A stretch of DNA of 52,124 nt, taken from positions 1-52,124 of the forward strand of contig JAABTU010000112.1 of assembly GCA_011389715.1 (NCBI GenBank). The letters run 5' to 3'. This stretch comes from Desulfotignum sp. Its GTDB lineage: Bacteria; Desulfobacterota; Desulfobacteria; Desulfobacterales; Desulfobacteraceae. Positions 49,302 through 52,124 of this stretch are shown one piece after another. Under the pieces are notes generated by a model. That model was given only the letters and a program-made list of their open reading frames with translations, had not been told where the DNA came from and did not search any database. The position numbers and the translations under genes are program-made. Every line of letters starts with the position of its first letter. The stretch's first letter is position 1.

Positions 49302-49538
49302 ATGGAAAGTGCAAAATTATTCAACAATGGACGCAGCCAGGCTGTGCGCTTACCAAAAGCCTATCGGTTTGAGGGCAATGAGGTATATGTTAAAAAAGTC
49401 GCTGGAGGCGTACTTTTAATTTCAAAAAATCAATCTTTATGGGATCTCTGGGAAAAAAATTTACTGAAGTATGACACACCGTTCATGATGGAAAGAAACC
49501 AGCCAATCCAGCAACAGGAGCGGGAAAATCTTGATTAG
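49302..49538 (+). CDS. vapB: VapB antitoxin (AbrB/SpoVT fold)
   Basis: AKLFNNGRSQAVRLPKAYRF.G.EV; GGAGG RBS. Confidence 0.92.
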   Translation: MESAKLFNNGRSQAVRLPKAYRFEGNEVYVKKVAGGVLLISKNQSLWDLWEKNLLKYDTPFMMERNQPIQQQERENLD

Positions 49539-49953
49539 ATATTTACTGGATACAAATATCTGTATCTACATAATGAATCAGAAACCCATTGAAATTATAC
49601 ACAAATTCAAGCAATTTAAAGTTGGAGACATTGGTATTTCAACCATAACGGTTTCCGAATTGCATTACGGAGCAGTTAAAAGCAAGAATACCAAACTGAA
49701 TTTAAAACGAATTGACGAATTTCTCGCCCCACTGGAAATTCTGCCTTATGACCACAATGCTGCTGTTTATTACGGTGAAATTCGTTGTAATCTGGAGCAA
49801 AAAGGAAAAGTCATCGGCCCCCTGGACATGCTGATCGCTGCGCATGCTTTAAGTAATGATATCACTCTGGTTACAAATAATGAGAAAGAATTCCAACGGG
49901 TTAACCTTTTAATGGTTGAAAATTGGATCAAACAGGCTGCACAGAACAAATAA
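49531..49953 (+). CDS. vapC: VapC toxin (PIN domain)
   Basis: YLLDTNICI, SEL..G, IGPLDMLIAAHA, LVTNN..EF.RV, ENW; overlaps vapB. Confidence 0.93.
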   Translation: MIRYLLDTNICIYIMNQKPIEIIHKFKQFKVGDIGISTITVSELHYGAVKSKNTKLNLKRIDEFLAPLEILPYDHNAAVYYGEIRCNLEQKGKVIGPLDMLIAAHALSNDITLVTNNEKEFQRVNLLMVENWIKQAAQNK

Positions 49954-50085
49954 CAGTCAACGACCCGTTTTATGGATGTTTTACAACCCGGACGATCTCT
50001 TCGGCAAGTACCTGGGAAGCATCAATTGTGTCAAGGGGCAGGTTCCCGCTTAGGGCGGGCCGGCCAAAGCATCCATATTTGCATC

Positions 50086-50329
50086 GGGATTCACAGGCTC
50101 AGTTCTGACCTGGCGGTTCCGGATGCCCATCTTTCCGATATCTGGAGCCTTTACCGAAAGCGGTTGAATGATGCAGGCATTTCTTGGGTGGGGTTTGGAC
50201 ATGTGGGTAACAACCATTTCCATATTTCGGCCATGCCAAAGGATTATGGACCAGTTATCCCAGGGAATGACCATTTATTCCGAATTTGCAAAAACCGCGG
50301 TAGAATATGGCGGCAGCGTCAGTGCTGAA
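50086..50329 (+). pseudogene. Fragment of FAD-linked oxidase C-terminal domain (GlcD/D-lactate dehydrogenase-like)
   Basis: SDLAVP...FGHVGNNHFH, then after a frameshift YSEFAKTAVEYGGSVSAE, cut before HG. Confidence 0.7.
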
Positions 50330-50397
50330 TTTGCATTTTTTTGCTGAATAGTTACAAAAGTAATTGACATGCAAAATATTATAGACTAATCATAAAC

Positions 50398-50417
50398 ATT
50401 GTCGACAATCGACAAAT
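50398..50417. promoter_or_regulatory. GntR-family-like operator
   Basis: Palindrome ATTGTCGACAAT followed by a CGACAA half-site, downstream of TTGACA (50364). Confidence 0.45.
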
Positions 50418-50577
50418 TGTAAGTTTTGGTTTTATCTATCAGAAGTAATAACTCGGTTTTTTGAAAATGAAACCGACTGAAATCAGGTGGGCAAGGAAGA
50501 TTTCCCACCACAAATTAACAGGAAAGAAAGCTATTTTTAAAGTTTTTGATCCTAAAAAAATTAAAGGGAGATATCAC

Positions 50578-50928
50578 ATGAAGAAAATTTTATTACTCAG
50601 TACAATGCTTATGGCAGTTCTTGTCTTTACATCAAATGCTATTGCGGTGGACACGCTCGAAAAGATTTCAGACAGCGGTACATTTATTGTTGGCGCAAGG
50701 GATGGCGCTATTCCCTTTGGTTTTCATAATGACCAAAACGAGCATGTCGGCTTTAGTCTTGATCTTGCAAATGAATTTCATAAAGCACTGGAAGAAAAAC
50801 TTGGAAAAACCCTTGAGTTTAAAACAATTGTTGTCAATCCAAAAACCAGAATACCTCTTACAAGGAAAAATCTGCCGGATGCGTCAAAAATCCTTGTCAT
50901 GGTTTTGACGGCTGCAGCTCGCCTTTGA
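50578..50928 (+). pseudogene. Truncated amino-acid ABC substrate-binding protein (SBP family 3)
   Basis: Signal peptide, DTLEKI..SG...VG.R...IPF, GFSLDL, VNPKTRIPL then similarity is lost at ~50860. Confidence 0.75.
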
Positions 50929-51490
50929 GTCCGATTTCTTCTGCCACAGGCTGCATGCCGGCAATAACTTCGGTGATCAGATCAGACAATTCCATGTCCA
51001 GCATGGCAGCCCCTTTTTTGATGACTTCCCGGTCCACCCCCGCAGCAAAGGCTTTGTCCTTGAATTTTTTTTTCACAGATTTTGTTTTTATGTCCAGAAT
51101 GCTTTTGGAAGGCCTTACCAGGGCGGCACTTGCCACCAGACCGGTGAGTTCATCTATGGCATACAAGGTTTTTTCCAGAGAGGTTTTGGGTTCAACATCG
51201 GTACAGATGCCCCACCCATGGCTGATGACGGCCCGGATATAGTCTTCAGGCCAGTTGTGTTCTTTGAACAGATCAACACATTTGTGGCAGTGTTCCTCCG
51301 GGAACTGCTCATAATCCAGGTCATGAACCAGGCCGATGACCCGCCATTTTTCTTCATCTTCACCGAATTTTTTTGCAAAATGTGCCATGACCGCTTCCAC
51401 GGCCAGGGCGTGCCGGATCAGGCCTGGTTTCTGATTGTATTTTTGTAAAAGGGAAAACGCATCGCTTCTGGTAGGGATAAAATCGGTCAT
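50897..51490 (-). CDS. HD-domain (HDIG-like) metal-dependent hydrolase
   Basis: HALAVEAVM, GLVHDLDYE, AIDELTG, LVRPS, KKKFKDKAFAAGVDRE. Confidence 0.88.
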   Translation of the reverse strand: MTDFIPTRSDAFSLLQKYNQKPGLIRHALAVEAVMAHFAKKFGEDEEKWRVIGLVHDLDYEQFPEEHCHKCVDLFKEHNWPEDYIRAVISHGWGICTDVEPKTSLEKTLYAIDELTGLVASAALVRPSKSILDIKTKSVKKKFKDKAFAAGVDREVIKKGAAMLDMELSDLITEVIAGMQPVAEEIGLKGELQPSKP

Positions 51491-51531
51491 GGCAAATCCT
51501 TCACATGGTATAATCGGTGGTGCATGATTTA

Positions 51532-52124
51532 TCATTTCCGGATCACAAAAATGACCCGGCACTGCTTTAAAAACAGGTGCCGCTCAGTTGCTTTTTCCAC
51601 CTGCTTGGCATCGGCTGCGCTGATGACGATGGCGGTATTGCCCTTTCCTGCTGTTCGCAACCCTTTGAGCACCAGAGGATGGCTGCCCACCCGGGGGTCT
51701 TCCAGGGCATTGTCCATGGAACACATGTATTTGCACACCCCGTGCTGAACGGCAAATTCCCGGCTGATGAACAGGGATGCGTAAATAAAATCCCCCTGTT
51801 CGCTGACAATGACCGGGTACAGAACCGGTTCAAAGGCCAGTTCCCTGATATCGAGGATCAGCCCGGTATACGGAATCTTCCCTGGTTCGATCTGGTCACT
51901 GGGACGGATTTCAGGATTGATTTTGGGTATCTGCCGGATTTCCTCCGGCAGAACCAGTTGGAGGAACCCGCCGAAAATCCGCGTCTGGATAGCCAGTTCC
52001 ACATCCAGGGCCGAGGTGTAATACTGGCGGATAATGGCGGCATCCCTGGCTGTTTTTTCAATGCCCGCCATAATCGCATCGTTTTGGGCCGCATACATTC
52101 CCACTTCCAGGTCATTGTGTATCC
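51532..52124 (-). CDS. Hypothetical protein, LPP20/FlgT-related C-terminal-like domain; 5'-truncated by window
   Basis: YTGLILDIR...P...P.I, PRVGSHPL..K, CRVIFV; frame open to the window edge. Confidence 0.55.
   Translation of the reverse strand, partial: IHNDLEVGMYAAQNDAIMAGIEKTARDAAIIRQYYTSALDVELAIQTRIFGGFLQLVLPEEIRQIPKINPEIRPSDQIEPGKIPYTGLILDIRELAFEPVLYPVIVSEQGDFIYASLFISREFAVQHGVCKYMCSMDNALEDPRVGSHPLVLKGLRTAGKGNTAIVISAADAKQVEKATERHLFLKQCRVIFVIRK

Noticed and set aside
245-51534. Other TGA stops as Sec read-through sites
   Set aside because: The ones inspected fall at natural domain ends with no in-frame continuation of the same family

Overview
A 52-kb chromosomal segment from an anaerobic deltaproteobacterium; gene content and style suggest a sulfate-reducing Desulfobacteraceae (inference). 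Left to right: the 3' end of an aldehyde ferredoxin oxidoreductase, a 4x[4Fe-4S] ferredoxin and an HgdABC/Bcr-type radical dehydratase/reductase set; a 7TM-PAS histidine kinase; redox/housekeeping genes; a ~750-bp non-coding stretch with three long hairpin elements; Mo/W-cofactor maturation genes; an MCP; a DUF318/SO_0444-type metal permease; an AttEFGH-like ABC/lipocalin system; a lower-GC CsgG-like island; a five-gene glycogen cluster; a sigma54-type DUF3373 porin operon; and a patch of gene remnants around an intact vapBC. The strongest observation is that the metal permease, split in two by the ORF track, is one reading frame interrupted by a single in-frame TGA (GG-U-GC) followed by a bacterial-SECIS-like hairpin, behind a perfect ArsR/SmtB-type operator, so it is a likely selenoprotein transporter. 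The second is a covariation-supported family of long hairpin elements at 9.65-10.39 kb of unknown function. No rRNA, tRNA, CRISPR array or intact transposase was seen. Product calls rest on recognised motifs, not database searches.
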